From an uncultured Chloroflexia bacterium (lineage in GTDB: Bacteria; Chloroflexota; Dormibacteria; Aeolococcales; Aeolococcaceae): a stretch of DNA of 64,000 bases. The translations under genes and the position numbers were made by a program. Position 1 is the first letter of the stretch; every line of letters starts with the position of its first letter. The stretch lies in the NCBI GenBank assembly GCA_963697585.1, contig CAVOOO010000009.1, positions 151,295-215,294 on the forward strand, in the 5' to 3' direction. Positions 19,020-28,973 of the stretch are shown in pieces. A model generated the notes under the pieces. The model did not search any database. It was given only the letters and a program-made list of their open reading frames with translations, and was not told the DNA's origin.

Positions 19020-19550
19020 ATGCGAGATGCCATCCACGCGGCCAGACTGGGAGATCCAGTGACAGAACGGGGCCAAGACGGGGAGACGATGCGTGTCGCA
19101 AGGATGCAGGGCGAGTATGCCCTCGTTCTCGCCGCCCTGATGACAGGTCTGTGGGTGTATCTCGTGGTTGACAGGGGATGGATCTTTGGACTGGAATGTT
19201 CTTTCGTGCTGGCGCTCGCAGGGTTCATGCTGGGCTTCGCAGTTCTGCCCCGGCTACGGTTCAGCGCATCAGTCATCGAACTCGCAATCGGTCCGTGGTG
19301 CCGGCGCGCCGAACTCAGCAACTTGACGGAGGTCCGGTGGAAGAGGAGCGGCACGTACGGAATCGTTCATGTGCGCGATCGCGCCGGCCACCACGTCCCG
19401 GTCTACGTCGGCATGACCAAGCGGTCCCAGGAGTGGAGCGGAGTGCTGCTGGATGCCGTCAGCCGCAGCGGCGCGTCTATCGACGAGCCTAGCCGTTCAA
19501 TTCTCATGGCCGCAGCAGGCCGGGAGGGGTCCCCGCCCGAGCATGAGTGA
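19020..19550 (+). CDS. hypothetical membrane protein (2 TM + PH-like C-terminal region)
   Basis: ORF in a visibly lower-GC stretch. TM helices YALVLAALMTGLWVYLVV and FVLALAGFMLGFAVL. The likely start is the internal MRVARMQ. Confidence 0.4.
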   Translation: MRDAIHAARLGDPVTERGQDGETMRVARMQGEYALVLAALMTGLWVYLVVDRGWIFGLECSFVLALAGFMLGFAVLPRLRFSASVIELAIGPWCRRAELSNLTEVRWKRSGTYGIVHVRDRAGHHVPVYVGMTKRSQEWSGVLLDAVSRSGASIDEPSRSILMAAAGREGSPPEHE

Positions 19551-19647
19551 GGGGCAAAGAACCCGCCGGCGGCCGAGCGAGCGATCAGATCCTGAGCGCT
19601 GCCGGAACGTCGCGCTTTCCCCGCCGCGCGCGGCGATCGCCGGTGGC

Positions 19648-19825
19648 GCGGGGCCGGGTCGAGGACGTGGTGCGCAAGCACGCCGACCGCTTCGAGCTCC
19701 GGCCCCGGTCGGCCTCGGCGTTCATCTGCGGCAACCCGCAGATGATCGACAACGTCAAGGGCGCGCTGCGCCGGGGCGGGTTCGAGGGCGCTGCAGGCTA
19801 CGAGGAGCAGTACTGGCCGGAGTGA
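19648..19825 (+). pseudogene. displaced duplicate of the last 178 bp of fpr (about 95% identical to 18615-18792)
   Basis: Encodes GRVEDVVRKHADRFELRPRSASAFICGNPQMIDNVKGALRRGGFEGAAGYEEQYWPE*. 9 mismatches over 178 bp by hand alignment. It has no fpr 5' part. Confidence 0.8.
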
Positions 19826-19997
19826 TCCAGAAGGCTACCGGCATACGGCCATCCGCTGTCGAACGGCGGCTGGCGAACGGGGGCGGTCCAATCGCGGCTT
19901 TCGAACAGCGTCCCTATGCCCTCAGGCTGGCCAGCCGCTCCGGCTTCTGGAGATCGACCGCTACTCTCCTTGGCTGGGGTGCAGGCGTGAATGCCGA

Positions 19998-20489
19998 GTG
20001 GGCCCTCCTGTTCCCCTCCGGAGGCCTTGGGTGGGGCACGTGTCTCCTGTGACGGATCTGCTCCTTCGGCTGAGCGATTTCCCCATTCCGCGTCCCCGCC
20101 ACGACTGGGTCACGAGGAAGAACCCCTCGGCGCCGGAGCACGCCATCGTCAGCAAGGATGCGCTCGCTCTAACCTGGCTGTGGGCCGTCCTCGTTGTTGC
20201 CTTTGGTTTCATCGGGCTCGCGGTCGGAGCCGCCTTCGGCCGGTCTCCCCAGGTGCATTCCGTGCTCGATCGCGCGTACGCTGGCGGGCTCACCTGCTGC
20301 TGCGTTGGCATGGTCTTGAATGTGACACGCTACGAACGGTGCATATTTGTGGTCTGGCGTCGCCGCAGGCGGTCACTCGGGAAGCCCATCGCCCCCGAAA
20401 GTCACCCACATTGGCCAACTCGCCCTGGCGATCTCGACGTGGTGATTCAGCTGGCCATTGGCCTCGCTGTGGCCGTCGGTGTCCACTGA
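19998..20489 (+). CDS. hypothetical membrane protein
   Basis: 163-aa ORF with about 3 TM segments (LALTWLWAVLVVAFGFIGLAVGAAF, LTCCCVGMVL, VVIQLAIGLAVAVGV) in the lower-GC region. Start uncertain. Confidence 0.35.
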   Translation: MGPPVPLRRPWVGHVSPVTDLLLRLSDFPIPRPRHDWVTRKNPSAPEHAIVSKDALALTWLWAVLVVAFGFIGLAVGAAFGRSPQVHSVLDRAYAGGLTCCCVGMVLNVTRYERCIFVVWRRRRRSLGKPIAPESHPHWPTRPGDLDVVIQLAIGLAVAVGVH

Positions 20490-20758
20490 GGGGGAACAGC
20501 GAGAGATCTCTCGGCCGAGCGGGTTCGTCATTGCGACCCCGTCGTCGGGCCTCGTACCGATGTGCGCCTGACCGTTTGCGTCTGGGCAGGCCCCCGCGAG
20601 TGTGGTAGGGCGGGCGACGGTGGGTGTGCCGACCACCCGGAACTGACGGGTGCGGCCTGCGGCCGGCGCCCCGGTGGGGACCGCCGTACACCGTCGTGGC
20701 CCCGGCCCTTCGGGGTGGTTGACGGGGCAACGAGCCTCCCTGCGTAGACTTGGCATCC

Positions 20759-22066
20759 ATGATCGAGTCGAGCGGCCGGGCCATCGCCGTCGTCTCGGTC
20801 CACGCCTCCCCCCTCAGCGAGCTGGGGCGCGGCGACAACGGCGGGATGAACATCGGGGTCCGCCGGCTCTGCGAGGGCCTGGCCGAGCGCGGGGTCCCGA
20901 CCGACGTCTTCGTCCGCCGGGACGACCCTCGCCTTCCTGCTGAGCGGCTGATCGCCCCGGGCAGCCGGCTGGTCCTGCTCGACGTGGGCCCGCCCCACCC
21001 GATCCCCAAGCAGGAGCTGCAGCCCCTGCTCGAGCCCTTCGCCGACGCCCTGCTGGCCCACGCCGCTTCCGAGGGGCGCTCCTACCGGCTGGTCCACGCC
21101 CACTACTGGCTGAGCGGGCCGCCGGCGCGCCGGGTCCGGGAGCGGCTGGGCATCCCGTGGGTCCAGTCCTTCCACTCGCTGGGGCGGATGAAGGAGGCCG
21201 CCGGGCTCCCGGCCGAGCTCGAGCGCGGCCGGGTCGAGGAGGTGCTGGCCGCGGAGTGCGACCGGATGGTGGCGATGAGCCGCGCCGAGGGCCGGGCGCT
21301 GGTGCGGCTGTACGGTGCCAACCCCGACCGGATCTGTGTCGCCGAGCCCGGGGTGGACCTCCACCCCGCCGATCCCGGGGCCGTCGCCGAGCTGCGCGAG
21401 GAGCTGGACGTCGCCGGCCGCCGGGTGGTCCTCTTCGCCGGCAGGCTGGAGCCGCTCAAGGGGGCGGACACCCTGATCGAGGCGATCGCCGAGATGGATC
21501 GGGACCCCCACCTGCAGGACGTCGTCTGCCTCTTCATCGGCGACGACAGCGGCGATGGCGCCCGATCGACCCACGGCGGGGAGCGGCGCCGCCTGGAGCG
21601 GCTCGCCGATCGCGCCGGGATCCTGGACCGCATCCGGTTCCTGGGGGCGGTGCCCCACGAGCGGCTGGCCCGCTACTACGCGCTCGCCGACGTCTGCGTG
21701 GTGCCGTCGCGGGTCGAGACCTTCGGCCTGGTGGCCCTGGAGGCCCAGGCGCAGGGGACCCCGGTGGTGGCATCCCGCGTCGGGGGCCTGCCCGAGGTGG
21801 TGGCCGACGAGGTGACCGGCAAGCTGGTCGAGGGTCGCGCGCCGCGCGACTACTGCGCCGCCATCTCCGCCATCCTCCACGACGAGGCCGGCCGGGAGCG
21901 GATGGGGGAGGCCGCTCGACGCCGCGCCGCCACCTTCTCCTGGGGACGGATGGTCGACCTGCTGCTCTCCATCTACGGGCGGGTCAGCTCCCCCGAGATC
22001 CCCGCCGAGCTCCCCTGCGGCTACGAGATGTCACTGGCGGCGGAGGCGCCGCTCGCCTCCGTCTGA
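20759..22066 (+). CDS. mshA: GT4 glycosyltransferase, MshA-like (D-inositol-3-phosphate glycosyltransferase)
   Basis: AIAVVSVHASPLSELGRGDNGGMN, HAHYWLSG, VPSRVETFGLVALEAQAQGTPVVA. A TTG at 20750 is an alternative start. Confidence 0.7.
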   Translation: MIESSGRAIAVVSVHASPLSELGRGDNGGMNIGVRRLCEGLAERGVPTDVFVRRDDPRLPAERLIAPGSRLVLLDVGPPHPIPKQELQPLLEPFADALLAHAASEGRSYRLVHAHYWLSGPPARRVRERLGIPWVQSFHSLGRMKEAAGLPAELERGRVEEVLAAECDRMVAMSRAEGRALVRLYGANPDRICVAEPGVDLHPADPGAVAELREELDVAGRRVVLFAGRLEPLKGADTLIEAIAEMDRDPHLQDVVCLFIGDDSGDGARSTHGGERRRLERLADRAGILDRIRFLGAVPHERLARYYALADVCVVPSRVETFGLVALEAQAQGTPVVASRVGGLPEVVADEVTGKLVEGRAPRDYCAAISAILHDEAGRERMGEAARRRAATFSWGRMVDLLLSIYGRVSSPEIPAELPCGYEMSLAAEAPLASV

Positions 22067-22117
22067 ACCCCGGCGCCCGCTCGTCTCCGCCTGAGCGCCG
22101 CTGAGGCCGGTCAGAAA

Positions 22118-24799
22118 TCAGCGGCGCGACGCGGCGGTGTCGCAGGCGCGGGCCCTCATCGCCCTCTCGGTCCCGTCCCGTCCCTCGATGATCGGCCGGG
22201 ACGCCGCGCGCCGGGTCGACTCCGAGAGCTCGGTGGAATCCCGGATCGCCGCCAGCGCCCGGTCCGCGGCGTCGAGCGTCCCCGGCTCGACCAGCTCGCG
22301 GGGGTAGAGGAACTCGGTGAAGCTCTCCGCCTCCTCCGAGCTGCGCAGGGCCCAGAAGCGCGGCACCTCCTCGATCCACCGCTCCACATAGGGGCGGAGC
22401 AGCGCGATCTGGCGGTCGCCCCATTGGATCAATCCACCCACCGCGAAGGGCCCCACCCCGAACCCGCCCATCAGCGCGTGCTGCATCTGGAGCGGAAGCT
22501 CGGTCCCCCCGACCACCAGGTCGAAGGCGGTGCGCTTGGCCTCGGGGTTGGGCCGGGCGGCCCGGCACGCGGCCGCCCGCCGGCGGCCGAAGTCGGTGTC
22601 GTCGATGGAGAGCTGGGCCTGGATCGGGGACTCCGCGTCGCGGCCCGAGCCGGCCAGCCGGCCCACCATCATCCAGCGGAGGTCGTTGTCGATGGCCAGC
22701 CCGGGCACGCTCTCGCCACCGTCGAGGAGGTGCTCCAGCCGGTCGAGGTCGGCATCGGCATCGCCGGCCATGATGCGGGCCCGGGCCCAGGTGAGCTGGA
22801 CGTCACCGCCGGGCTCGGCGGCGGCCAGCTGCTCCCAGGCCGCCGCCGCCACCCGGGCGCGCGCCGCCGCGCGGTTGGCCGGGTCACCGAACTGCTCGAT
22901 GGCCGCCACCGCCTGGCTGAGCAGCCGCTCGAGCACGGTGACCTCGGTCTCGACTCTGGCGTGCCGGAGCACGGCGTCGACGAAGTCGCGGGTGGGCAGC
23001 TCGGCGTCGCGGGTCATGTCCCAGAGCGCGGCCCAGCAGAGCGAGCGCGCGAGCGGGTCCTCGAGGCCGCCGAGATCGTGCAGCAGGGTCCCGATCGAGG
23101 TGGGGTCGAAGCGCAGCTTGGCGAAGGTGAGGTCGTCGTCGTTGACCAGGGTGAGGTCGGCGAGCGCCTCCCCGCGCAGCACATCCACGGAGGTGCGCTC
23201 GCCGCAGACGTCGGTGTCGACCTGGCGGTAGCGGACCAGGCGGCCCTGCTCGAGGCGGTAGAGGCCGACCCTCACGTGATGGGAGCGCAGGGTGGGGTGG
23301 GCCGGGGCCGCCCTCTGCACGATGGTCAGGCTCTCGATGCGGCCGTCCTTGGCCTCGATCTCGGGGATCAGCGTGTTCATGCCGGCGGTGCGCAGCCACT
23401 CCGCCGCCCAGGCGCCGAGGTCGCGCCCCGAGGCGGTCTCGATGCAGGCCAGGAACTCCCGCAGGCTGGCGTTGCCCCAGCGGTAGCGGCGGAAGTACTC
23501 GCGCACCCCGGTGGTGAAGGCGGCGTCGCCGACCCAGGCGACCAGCTGCTTGAGCACCGCGGCGCCCTTCTGGTAGGTGATGCCGTCGAAGTTCTGGCGG
23601 ACCTCGTTGGTGTCGGCGCAGGGGGTGGAGACGGGGTGGGTCGAGGGGAGCTGGTCCTGGCGGGCGGCCGCCGACTTCATGGTGTTGGCGAAGTCCACCC
23701 AGGCGTTGGTGTAGGCGGTGGCGGTCACCATCGCCTTGTTGGCCATGTAGGTGGCGAAGGTCTCGTTGAGCCAGAGGTCGCCCCACCAGCGCATGGTGGC
23801 GACATCCCCGAAGCCGCAGACGTGGGCCATCTCGTGAGTGATCACCTCGGCCCGCCGCGCCCGCTGCAGCTCGGTCGCCCGGCTCCGGAAGATGTACATC
23901 TCGTTGAAGGTGACGCAGCCGGGATTCTCCATCGCCCCCATGTTGAATTCGGGCACGAAGAGCTGGTTGTACTCGTCGAACTGGTGCTCGAGACCGAACT
24001 CCTCGGCGAAGAAGTCGAGGCCCTGCCGGGTGATCTCGAAGAGCTCGCCGGCCTGCTCCTCGAGCTGGGGGGCGAGCGAGCGGCGCGCGTAGAGGCCGAG
24101 CCGGACCCCCTTGTGCTCGCTCTCCACGACCCGGTAGTCGCCGGCGGCGACCGCCATCAGGTAGGTGGGGAGGGGAGGGGTGGCATTGAACCGCCAGGTG
24201 CGGCTGCCGTCGCCGTGCTCGTCCCGGCCCAGCACCCGGCCGTTGCCGCAGACCTCCCAGGCGACCGGCGCGCGCACCGCCACCGTGAAGGTGCCCTTGA
24301 GGTCCGGCTGGTCGAAGCAGGCGATCACCTTGTGGGCGTCGAAGGGCTCGAAGTGGGTGTAGAGGTAGACCTGCTGGTCGACGGGATCGACCACCCGGTG
24401 GAGCCCGACCCCCACCCGCTCGTAGGCGCAGTCGGCGACCACGTCGACCCTGACCGGCCCCTCGGGGAGGCCCGCCAGCGGGATCCTGGCCCCGTCGTAC
24501 CCCTCCACGGCGGCGGCCGACGGCCGCCCGTCCACCACGACCTCGCGGAGCCGCCCCGGCTCCCCGACGGTGAGGTTGAGGAAGGTCTCGGCTCCGGGCC
24601 GCCGGCACGAGAAGCCCAGGTGGGTCGTGCTGCGGAAGGTTGGGGCGGTGGGGTCGTCGCTCACCTCGAGCTCGACCCGGTAGCTGAGCTCACCGATGAG
24701 GGCGGCGCGCTCCGCCGCCTCGGTTTCGGTGAGGTTGTCACTCGTGATGCGTCCGGCCACGGGTGGCCATTGTGGGCGTCTCGTCCCCTCCGGCGCCAA
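22118..24799 (-). CDS. pepN: aminopeptidase N (M1 family)
   Basis: GAMEN motif (FNMGAMENPG) and zinc site HEMAHVCGFG...WLNETFATY. About 890 aa. Confidence 0.9.
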   Translation of the reverse strand: MAPEGTRRPQWPPVAGRITSDNLTETEAAERAALIGELSYRVELEVSDDPTAPTFRSTTHLGFSCRRPGAETFLNLTVGEPGRLREVVVDGRPSAAAVEGYDGARIPLAGLPEGPVRVDVVADCAYERVGVGLHRVVDPVDQQVYLYTHFEPFDAHKVIACFDQPDLKGTFTVAVRAPVAWEVCGNGRVLGRDEHGDGSRTWRFNATPPLPTYLMAVAAGDYRVVESEHKGVRLGLYARRSLAPQLEEQAGELFEITRQGLDFFAEEFGLEHQFDEYNQLFVPEFNMGAMENPGCVTFNEMYIFRSRATELQRARRAEVITHEMAHVCGFGDVATMRWWGDLWLNETFATYMANKAMVTATAYTNAWVDFANTMKSAAARQDQLPSTHPVSTPCADTNEVRQNFDGITYQKGAAVLKQLVAWVGDAAFTTGVREYFRRYRWGNASLREFLACIETASGRDLGAWAAEWLRTAGMNTLIPEIEAKDGRIESLTIVQRAAPAHPTLRSHHVRVGLYRLEQGRLVRYRQVDTDVCGERTSVDVLRGEALADLTLVNDDDLTFAKLRFDPTSIGTLLHDLGGLEDPLARSLCWAALWDMTRDAELPTRDFVDAVLRHARVETEVTVLERLLSQAVAAIEQFGDPANRAAARARVAAAAWEQLAAAEPGGDVQLTWARARIMAGDADADLDRLEHLLDGGESVPGLAIDNDLRWMMVGRLAGSGRDAESPIQAQLSIDDTDFGRRRAAACRAARPNPEAKRTAFDLVVGGTELPLQMQHALMGGFGVGPFAVGGLIQWGDRQIALLRPYVERWIEEVPRFWALRSSEEAESFTEFLYPRELVEPGTLDAADRALAAIRDSTELSESTRRAASRPIIEGRDGTERAMRARACDTAASRR

Positions 24800-24838
24800 T
24801 CGGCGCGCTCGGAAGGCGGGCCGGGAAGGCTCGAGGGC

Positions 24839-25369
24839 CTAGCCGGCGAGCTCCCCCGCCGCTTCCAGCCGGTCCTCGGCATCGCCCGAGGTGCAGCCCA
24901 GGAAGCCGCCGTCGTCCCCGCCCAGGCCGTCGGCGATGGCGCTGAGGGCATCGCGGAGGCGGGCGGCGGCGTCGTCGTCGAGCACGCTGGCCAGGTGGCG
25001 GTCGATCCCCCGGGCGTGGACCGGGGAGGCGCGGCCCAGCTTCTCGCGCCCCAGGTCGGTGATGACCGCGAACGCCCCCCGCCGGTCGGACGGGCAGCCG
25101 GTCCGGGCCACCAGCCCGGCGGCCTCCATCCGGTCGATCAGGCGGCTCACCCCGCTCTTGGTCATCAGCACCGTGTCCAGCAGCCGCTGCAGCCGGACGG
25201 CCCCCTCGGGGGCACGGTCGAGAACCAGCAGCACCTCGTACCAGGCCAGCGGCAGCCCCTCCGCCTCCATCAGCTCGCGCTCGAGGTTGCAGGCGAGGCC
25301 CGCCTGGGCGCGCAGGAGGGCGCGCCAGGCCTGCAGGTGGACTGATTGATTCAATTCAGAGGTGACCAC
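24839..25369 (-). CDS. MarR-family transcriptional regulator
   Basis: Winged-helix region LQRLLDTVLMTKSGVSRLIDRMEAAGLVARTGCPSDRRGAFAVITDLGRE. Confidence 0.85.
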   Translation of the reverse strand: MVTSELNQSVHLQAWRALLRAQAGLACNLERELMEAEGLPLAWYEVLLVLDRAPEGAVRLQRLLDTVLMTKSGVSRLIDRMEAAGLVARTGCPSDRRGAFAVITDLGREKLGRASPVHARGIDRHLASVLDDDAAARLRDALSAIADGLGGDDGGFLGCTSGDAEDRLEAAGELAG

Positions 25370-25437
25370 GGCCCCAAGCCTACCTCACAAAGGTTGACAG
25401 CGCAACCATCGCCACATTATAGTTGCCAAAGTAACCG

Positions 25438-26040
25438 TTGACCAAGCAACTATCGGAGAGAGAGATGACTGAATCCACCGCCACCACCACCCGCCCACCG
25501 CTCGCAGCCGGGGAATACGTCCTCGACCCGTCCCACACCCACGTCGGCTTCCTGGCCCGCCACCTGGTGGTGACCAAGGTCCGGGGGACCTTCGAGAAGG
25601 TGGACGCCCGGATCACGGTCGGGGAGACCCTGGCCACGTCGGCGGTGGAGGTGACCATCGACGTCGCCAGCCTCACCAGCCGTGACGAGAAGCGCGACGC
25701 CCACCTCCGGTCCGGCGACTTCTTCGACGTCGAGAAGTTCCCCATCATGACCTTCCACTCGAGCGCCGTGAAGGCGAGCGGGGACGGCCACTTCGCGGTC
25801 ACCGGTGACCTCACCATCCGCGACCAGACCCGGCCGCTCACCCTGGACGTCGAGTTCCTCGGCACCGAGAAGACCCCGTGGGGCACCTCGGTCGCGGTGA
25901 TCTCCGCCGCCGCCGAGATCGAACGCGAGGAGTGGGGCCTGACCTGGAACGTCGCCCTCGAATCCGGCGGCATGCTGGTCAGCAAGAGGATCCAGCTCGA
26001 GATCGAGGCCGAGCTCGTGCCGGCGCCCGCCGCCGCCTAG
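25438..26040 (+). CDS. YceI-family polyisoprenoid-binding protein
   Basis: YVLDPSHTHVGFLARHLVVTKVRGTFEKV...RDAHLRSGDFFDVEKFP. The ATG at 25465 is a probable start. Confidence 0.85.
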   Translation: MTKQLSEREMTESTATTTRPPLAAGEYVLDPSHTHVGFLARHLVVTKVRGTFEKVDARITVGETLATSAVEVTIDVASLTSRDEKRDAHLRSGDFFDVEKFPIMTFHSSAVKASGDGHFAVTGDLTIRDQTRPLTLDVEFLGTEKTPWGTSVAVISAAAEIEREEWGLTWNVALESGGMLVSKRIQLEIEAELVPAPAAA

Positions 26041-26148
26041 CCTCTCTCTGGGTGGTGCCGCCGCCGGTCGTGCCGGCGCGCGGCGCCACCTCCCGAGCCT
26101 CCCGGCAGGGGTGCCGCCGGTGGGTACCGGTGCCATATTGTTGGCACC

Positions 26149-26979
26149 ATGAGACCGCGGGACCTGACCGACAAGCTCGAGGGCCTGGAGGTCCTCGACG
26201 GGCTCTCCGACCGCCTGGCCGGCGCCGTCAACTCCGCAGTGGCGCCGGTCAAGACGCTGCTGAGCGGCACCTGGCTCGACCACCCGCTGCATCCGGCGCT
26301 GGTCAGCACGCCGCTCGGGTGCTGGAGTGGGGCGGTGATCCTCGACCTCCTCGGGGGCGAGGCGGGCTATGCCGCCGTCCGGCCGATGGTGGCGCTGGGC
26401 ACCCTGGCAGCGCTGCCGGCGGCGATCACCGGGCTCAGCGATTGGGCCGACTCCTACGGTCCGGAGCGGCGCGTCGGCCTGGTCCACGCCGCGGTCAACC
26501 TCACCGGCCTCACCCTCTTCGCCCTCTCCCTGGGCAACGGCCGCCGCGCCCGGAGGCTGCGCCTGCTGGGGCTGGTGGCGGTCGGCACCGGCGGCTACCT
26601 GGGCGGCCACCTCACCTACGCCCGGGGGCTCGGGGTCGACCACCAGATCCTGGTGGATCGGCCCACCGAGTGGACCGACGCCCTCGATGCGGAGAGCCTG
26701 GCGGAGGCGACCCCGACGCTCGCCGAGACCGGCGGGGCGCGGGTGCTCCTCTACCGCCGCGGCTCGCAGATCTACGCGCTCTCCGACGTCTGCCCCCACG
26801 CCGCCGGACCGCTCCACGAGGGGAAGGTCGACGACGACCTCTGCGTGACCTGCCCCTGGCACGGCAGCCGCTTCCGGCTAAGCGACGGCCGGGCGGTCCA
26901 CGGTCCGGCGTCCGCGCCCGCGGTGGTCTACGAGGCCCGCGTCCGGGACGGCAGGGTGGAGGTCCGCGCGGCCCCCTGA
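26149..26979 (+). CDS. DUF2231-type membrane domain fused to a Rieske [2Fe-2S] domain
   Basis: N-terminal 4-TM region with HPLHPALV. C-terminal CPHAAGPL...CPWHGSRF Rieske motif. Confidence 0.8.
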   Translation: MRPRDLTDKLEGLEVLDGLSDRLAGAVNSAVAPVKTLLSGTWLDHPLHPALVSTPLGCWSGAVILDLLGGEAGYAAVRPMVALGTLAALPAAITGLSDWADSYGPERRVGLVHAAVNLTGLTLFALSLGNGRRARRLRLLGLVAVGTGGYLGGHLTYARGLGVDHQILVDRPTEWTDALDAESLAEATPTLAETGGARVLLYRRGSQIYALSDVCPHAAGPLHEGKVDDDLCVTCPWHGSRFRLSDGRAVHGPASAPAVVYEARVRDGRVEVRAAP

Positions 26980-27221
26980 GGCCGCCGGGGAGGGACCCCG
27001 CCCGCCGTCACCGTCGTGGGGGCGGATGGCCGGCGGAGACGCGGTGGCCGCTGGTGATTCGATAGACGCTTCCAGTCCGTGAGACGCGAATCGCGGTCTC
27101 GGGCTGCGCGCGGGAGACGGCTCGAAATGCACCTCGAATCGCGCATCGTGCGTGATGCACGAGGGTGGACCGCGCGCGGCGCGGCACCACGCCCAAAGCC
27201 CCCGCGAGCCCGCGGTGGGGC

Positions 27222-27598
27222 ATGACCGGCTTGGTAGCATTTGCCACCGAGATGCTCTCGGACTACGCGCCGATCCTCGTCTTCCTGGGTATCTGCATCC
27301 TCTTCGGCGCGGGAGTGCCGCTGCTGAGCAGCGCCCTGGGGCCTCGCCGGCCCAGCCCGGAGAAGGAGCTCCCCTACGAGTTCGGCATCGTTCCCGTGAT
27401 CTCGGCCCGGCGCCGGTTCTCGGTGGCCTTCTACGTCACCGCGATGCTGTTCATCGTCTTCGACGTCGAGTCGATCTTCCTCTTCCCCTGGGCGACGATC
27501 GTCCGCCAGCTCAGGGTCTTCGGGATCATCGAGATGGGGATCTTCATCCTGGTGCTGCTGATCGGGCTGGTCTACATCTGGGCCAAGGGGGCGCTCCG

Positions 27599-27608
<10 letters not shown>
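27222..27608 (+). CDS. nuoA: NADH-quinone oxidoreductase subunit A
   Basis: Internal ATG of ORF 27165..27608. [26 protein letters not shown]. About 128 aa. Confidence 0.85.
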
Positions 27609-28171
<563 letters not shown>

Positions 28172-28178
28172 GCGGGCG

Positions 28179-28760
28179 ATGACCAGCGTGGAGGACACCG
28201 CCGGTTCTCACCCTGTGGCCGGAGCGAGGGCACTGGACCTCCTCCGGCGGGAGCTTCCCGAGGTCGTGGTGATGAGCGAGGAGGGCTTCGGCGAGGTGAC
28301 CATCCGGGTTCCCCGGGAGCGGATCGTCGAGGTGGCGCGGCTGCTCCGCGACCACCCGGAGGCGCGTTACGACCTCCCCCTCTGCGTGACCGCGGTCGAC
28401 TGGCCCGATCGCGAACCCGAGGTGCCGCGCTTCGACGTCGTCTACCAGCTCCGCTCCATGCAGCACAACGACGTGGTCCGGCTGGCCGTCCAGGTGCCCG
28501 GTGACGACCCCCGCGTCCCCACCCTGGAGGGGGTCTTCGCGGGGATGGACTGGCACGAGCGGGAGGCATTCGACCTGCTGGGCATCGAGTTCGAGGGTCA
28601 CCACGACCTCCGCCGCATCCTCCTCCCCGACGACTGGGAGGGGCACCCGCTGCGCAAGGACTACGTCTCCTTCGGCGAGCCGATCGCCTTCACCCACAAC
28701 CTGGAGTGGGCGATGCCCGCGCAGGAGAGGCCGCCCGACATGCCCGGCGAGTTGCGATGA
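28179..28760 (+). CDS. nuoC: NADH-quinone oxidoreductase subunit C
   Basis: FDVVYQLRS...GMDWHEREAFDLLGIEFEGHHDLRRILLPDDWEGHPLRKDY. Confidence 0.9.
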   Translation: MTSVEDTAGSHPVAGARALDLLRRELPEVVVMSEEGFGEVTIRVPRERIVEVARLLRDHPEARYDLPLCVTAVDWPDREPEVPRFDVVYQLRSMQHNDVVRLAVQVPGDDPRVPTLEGVFAGMDWHEREAFDLLGIEFEGHHDLRRILLPDDWEGHPLRKDYVSFGEPIAFTHNLEWAMPAQERPPDMPGELR

Positions 28761-28945
28761 CGCTCATCTCCGCCCATCTCGGCGTCAGCTTCAGGGGGGC
28801 GTCCGCCCCCCTTCGGCGCGCGAGATTGCGCGCCTACCCCCAAGGAAAGCATGCACACCCACACGCTGCGCTCCCTCGCTGCGCGGCTCGCTTCCTGGAT
28901 CTGGACGGCCTGAGCGTCATCGGGGTGGGTCGGCGATGACGCTCA
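28754..28945. repeat. structured ~179-bp insertion at the nuoC/nuoD junction, bounded by direct repeats GCGATGACGCTCA with an internal inverted copy
   Basis: GCGATGACGCTCA at 28754-28766 and 28933-28945, with the reverse complement TGAGCGTCATCG at 28911-28922. Internal perfect hairpins AGGGGGGCG-tc-CGCCCCCCT (28793-28812) and GGCGCGC-gagatt-GCGCGCC (28815-28834). Confidence 0.7.
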
Positions 28946-28973
28946 CCGACGCCCAGCTCGGTGTGATCCGGCG

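Noticed and set aside
18722-19354. 210-aa minus-strand ORF in the fpr-proximal insert
   Set aside because: It overlaps the more plausible plus-strand membrane ORF, has a Ser/Pro/Arg-rich composition and no start context.
20719-20750. Promoter TTGACG ... TAGACT upstream of the mshA-like gene
   Set aside because: The spacer between the hexamers is 20 nt, outside the usual 16-19 range. Not reported as a feature.
22424-25345. 973-aa plus-strand ORF
   Set aside because: It is antisense to pepN and marR. The composition (Gly/Ala/Pro/Arg/Val-rich, no motifs) is typical of high-GC shadow ORFs.
28757-28939. 60-codon ORF inside the nuoC-nuoD insertion as a genuine protein-coding gene
   Set aside because: The product is Arg/Ala/His-rich with no features, and open frames of this length are expected by chance at this G+C. 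It is treated only as a possible ribosome relay.
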